From NCBI GenBank assembly GCA_000004695.1, contig CM000151.3, positions 5,472,001 through 5,536,000 of the forward strand: a stretch of 64,000 nucleotides of DNA, in the 5' to 3' direction. The notes below the pieces were generated by a model. It searched no databases and was not told the DNA's origin. It saw only the letters and a program-made list of their open reading frames with translations. The stretch is from Dictyostelium discoideum (lineage: Eukaryota). Below are positions 60,014 to 64,000 of the stretch, in pieces; within the stretch, counting starts at the first letter, position 1; each line of letters starts with the position of its first letter. Both the position numbers and the translations under genes were made by a program.

Positions 60014-61708
60014 AACTTATTTATTTATTTATTTATTTATTTATTAAGATAAGTTAAAAAATAAAATAAATTCTTTATCTTCATCATCATCTTCATCATC
60101 AGAAGGTTTACAAATTATTAGTATTAAAGGTACAGGTGAATTTTTAACAGTTGAATATCAACCATCATGTTCACCAAATTGTAATGGTAAATATTTCCCA
60201 ATGGATGTTACAGTTAAAGCATTGAATCAAGTAATTAATAATACAATTACTACAAGTAATGTTGCACCAAGTTGTACAGTTACAGATGGTGTACCAGTTT
60301 GTAAAGTTTCAGCAAATTCATTTGTTTATCAACCAAGTGAAGTTTCAATAACAGATACAGTTTCAAATCAAGTATTAACATGGGATCATCCAATTGTTTC
60401 ATTACCAATTGTATTACCACAAACTATTAAACAATATTACGGAATTCCAAACCATTATCAAGTTAGTCACCCAAATGCAACTCAATGTGTTGTTGAATTT
60501 GAACAACAATATTATTCACCAACTGATTTAGAACAATTTTTCAATAGTATGGGTTTACCAACCAATGTAAGTGTAAATGTAATTGGTTACAATGACGAAA
60601 CCAATCCAGGTGTTGAAGCATCATTAGATATTCAATATTTAATGGGTGTTGCTCCAAATGCACAAACTACATTTTGGTCAATCTATGCAAATACTTCCGC
60701 TGAAATTGATGATATCCTTCAATGGGCAGTTGCAATTTCAACCCATCCAAATCCACCATTAGTTAACTCCTTATCTTATGGTATGACTGAAGGTAATGTT
60801 GACACATATTTAGGTAATGGTTATATGGCAAGATCTGAAGTTGAATTTGCTAAATTAGCTGCTAGAGGTTTAACAGTTGTAATTGCAAGTGGTGATAGTG
60901 GTGCTTATGATTTAGGTGGTCCACCAATGGGTGCTAATGGTTGTGAAAATGTAAATCCAATTTTTATAATCTCTCTCTCTCTCTTGTATATACATATATT
61001 AATAATTTTTTATTTTTATTTTTTATTTTTATTTTTTAGGCAAGAGGTGATTGGCCATCAAATTCAGAATATGTTAGTGCAGTTGGTTCAATTTATTTTA
61101 CACCATATTCAGCACCAATTTGTTATGATTCAGTTTCAAGTGGTGGTGTAAATTGTCAATCACTTCCAATTGGTGAAGTTGGTGTTTCAATTGATTATGG
61201 TACAATGTGGACATCAGGTGGTGGTTTCTCAAATTTCACAGAGACTGCTTACTATCAAAAAGATTTCGTAAATGAATATTTAAATAAATTAAAAGAATTG
61301 GATGTTTCACCACCATCAAATCTTTTCAATTCAAATGGTAGAGCATATCCAGATTTTTCAACAGTTGGTAAGAATTTATATGTTATCAATGGTGGTGAAT
61401 GGTTATCAGTTGATGGTACATCTGCTTCTGCACCAATCTTTGCTGGTATGATTACAATTCTCAATGATATTAGATTAAATAAAGGTTTACCACAATTAGG
61501 TTTCCTTAATCCATTATTCTATCAAATCGCAAGAACAAATCCAGAAGCTTTCTATGATGTCGTCGTTGGTAATAATCGTTGTGGTCTCTCTGATTCTACT
61601 CCAGTTTGTTGTGATTTCGGTTATACTGCTACAACTGGTTTCGATACTGTTTCAGGTTTAGGTAGACCAGATATGTCTGTTTTAATGGAAATTATTGATC
61701 AATATTAA
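59426..61708 (+). CDS. Sedolisin / tripeptidyl-peptidase I-like serine protease (peptidase S53) with an N-terminal pro-kumamolisin activation domain and a signal peptide. Three exons: 59426..59957, 60049..60950, 61040..61708.
   Basis: Exon 1 ends ISHFPV + t|GTAAGT. Exon 2 after ttaAG (60047-60048) reads (Y)KLKNKINS...; it carries the SGDSGAYD Asp region and ends CEN|GTAAAT. Exon 3 after tttAG (61038-61039) reads ARGDWPSNSEYVSAVGS...WLSVDGTSASAPIFAGMITILND, the GTSAS catalytic-Ser motif of S53, then ...LGFLNPLFYQ (compare TPP1 LGFLNPRLY). Confidence 0.85.
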
Positions 61709-61837
61709 AAAATAAAATAAAATAAAATAATCAAAAAAAAAGTTTATGAATAATTATTAATCTTTTATTTTTTTTTTTTTTTAACAAACAAAATCATTTT
61801 TTTTTTTTTTTTTTTTTTTTTAAAACAAATTAAAATA

Positions 61838-61868
<31 letters not shown>

Positions 61869-61869
61869 T

Positions 61870-64000
61870 TTAAATATTTGGTGACATAATTAAAGAACCA
61901 ATTGAAATTGCAGGATTAATTTTATGAGCATATTTCCAAATTTTCTTTTGTAATAATTCAGGACCACCAAATTCAACATCCAAGATTGGATATTGTCTAA
62001 CATAAGGAGATGGATACTGAACACCTGCTTCAATTGCATTACCAAGATTTTCGTAATATTTAATATCTTTTTTAGTGGTGGCACCATCTTGATTGAAAAT
62101 GATAGCTTTTGCTTCTTCATCCCAAGCTTTCCAATGAACGTATGCATGAGAGAAAACAGCCTGATAAATGATAAATATTGAACAATCTCTAAGATCTTGA
62201 ATATTTTTAATTTCATTTGCACTTTTATCAGCATTTAAACAATGTTGAACTAAATCATCTGAAACCAGTTCAATTTCATTCCATACTTTTAGAGTATCTT
62301 CTTTATTCTCTAAAAACCATTCATCAACATATTCAGTGATTGCGTCCCAAATGGCTTGACTGGAGGTATCATAAACATGACCTTTAATTTTATCATTAAT
62401 TGGTGTTGGTCTCCATTTATAAGTTGTTTGACTGAATCTCTTTTGTAGCATTTGAACTTGACCTTCATATGTGAAAGCAGCAGCTTGAGTGACAACACCA
62501 TCAAGCATCGGTCTTACCACTAACCAATTATTAAATATTACACCATCGAAATGTGGATAAAGTAATTTCTTTATTGGATTATTTATAATATTTCTATAAA
62601 ATGCCATATTAAACATTTCCACAACAAAATGTACACCAACATGACCCCAATTAATATTATAATTAAATTCAACCATCATATATTTAACTTTTAAATCATT
62701 CCATTCTTTTGAATCATCAGCTTGTTGAACTATCCATCCATCATCACCATCACCATCACCATCACCATAATCATTCATTCTATATGCAATTGATTTTATA
62801 ATTAATTCATTTTCATTATCTTCATCATTATCATTATGATTTTCATTTTCCTTAAGTTTAAATCTACAACATGTTTCTTTTGGAAACCAAACATCTTGTT
62901 TTAATTCATATCCTGATAAATCCAATCTTAATTCATAGTTCCATTCACCATAGTTATTCTCTTTACAACTTTCAACTCTAACGAAATCATTGTATGGTCT
63001 ATTTGAGCCATTCAATCTTCTAGAGGTGAAAAGTTGGTCAGATACAATACTATTGTAAATTCCATTCTCGGCTGATCTAGTTTGAATATTTGGTGGTAAC
63101 ATCTCCATTGAATTCTTTTCACCACGTAGTAACCAATAGACTATAACAAATGCTACTACCATTTCATTAAATTCATCATGATGTACAAAACTGTCACTTG
63201 GCATTGCAAATTTTGGTATCTTTAAATCTGGATCAAATACTGGTAGCCTATCCCAATATCTTAATCCAAACTTTGCTACTGGTTCAATCGTTACTTCAAA
63301 TTCAATATTACCAATAACTTTTTCGCTTTGTGTCATCATTTCAACAATTGGTTCTAAAAATTTAATATTTTTTTTTTCCATTGAATTACCAATAATATCT
63401 TTACCAATTTTAACACTAATAATTGATTCTGTTGAATTAAATAAAATTTTATTTTCTTTTATAATTTTTAAATTAATTATAATTCCATTATTTCCAATTT
63501 TTTCCATTAAACTATATTATTAATTATTTTTTTAAAAAAAAAAAAAAAAAAAAAATTAATTAAGAGAAATAATTTTAAAATAAAAAAATAAAAATAAAAA
63601 CTTACAATTCCATTTTTGGATCATCAATCCAACTTGAATTAAATGATTTAAATCTGGATTCTGAAATTTGAGGTGTTGTATTTGATCCTTCTACTTCAAC
63701 TTCAATATGATAGTTTAAAGGATCATTAAATTTTGTTCTAATAACTTTTTTTTTTTTTTTTTTTTTTTTTATTTTATTAGTAAATTTTTTAATTAATATA
63801 ATAAAATAAAAATAAAAATAAAAATTAAAGAATAAAATAAATAAAAAATAATAAAAAAATTACTTTTTACAGTTGCAATCATTGGTATTAAATTTAATTG
63901 ATTTGATTTTTTATCTAAATATAAATCTAATATTTCTTTTCTTGTAGCTTTTCTAGCTTGTTTATCTGAATAATTAATTAATGATAATAAAAAATCTCTT
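61870..64000 (-). CDS. Lipoxygenase-like protein. At least three exons: >64000..63864, 63744..63606, 63511..61870. The 5' end lies beyond the window.
   Basis: Upstream exons: ...IPMIATVK + a|GTAATT; acceptor aaaAG (63746/63745); then (I)IRTKFNDPLNYHIEVEVEGSNTTPQISESRFKSFNSSWIDDPKME + tt|GTAAGT; acceptor atAG (63513/63512). Main exon reads (F)LMEKIG... Its C-terminal half aligns with the lipoxygenase catalytic domain: WGHVGVHFVVEMF (compare HQLxSHWLxTHxxxEPF), KKLLYPHFDGV (LLHPHF), CSIFIIYQAVFSHAYVHWKAW (TIIIWIASALHAAVNFGQY). It ends with a C-terminal Ile (...SLIMSPNI*, compare ...PNSISI*). Confidence 0.6.

Overview
This window is nuclear DNA from a dictyostelid amoeba, almost certainly Dictyostelium discoideum or a close relative, not a prokaryote. 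It is about 75-80% AT, with long poly-A/T spacers, CAA/AAT codon runs giving poly-Q and poly-N tracts, and short AT-rich GTAAGT/GTAAAT...AG introns. There are no operons or CRISPR arrays; the gene models below are spliced eukaryotic genes built by hand from the ORF track plus splice signals. All homology calls are from memory; no searches were run.

Gene models with good support:
- A DIS3L2-like RNB exoribonuclease fused to three N-terminal CCCH zinc fingers (minus strand, runs off the window start).
- A SERP/RAMP4 ER membrane protein, a Qc-SNARE, and a prolyl 4-hydroxylase-like oxygenase.
- A ~1600-aa low-complexity protein carrying about 40 acidic D-x-F-G/E-x-F motifs.
- A divergent pair of tRNA-Leu(CAA) genes flanking a retroelement-like interval.
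- A tail-anchored TPR protein and a ~1500-aa coiled-coil protein built from seven near-identical ~190-aa tandem repeats.
- A small secreted-protein gene lying inside a ~2.1 kb segment bounded by ~60 bp inverted repeats.
- A large FG/PQ-repeat gene (two listed ORFs joined by a proposed 75 bp intron), followed by a decayed pseudogene-like region.
- msh2 (three exons) with an E2F-like site upstream, and S-adenosylmethionine decarboxylase.
- An ArfGAP with C-terminal TRAF-type zinc fingers, CHMP4/Snf7 (three exons), a Mrs2/CorA Mg2+ transporter, a sedolisin/TPP1-like S53 peptidase (three exons), and a lipoxygenase-like gene running off the window end.

The most unusual items are the tRNA-linked retroelement remnants (tandem partial copies of a tRNA 5' half, a 164 bp palindrome), the inverted-repeat-bounded element carrying a host-like gene, and the zinc finger-RNB fusion. 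I did not find a clearly novel multi-gene system; most of the remainder is ordinary Dictyostelium intergenic sequence.
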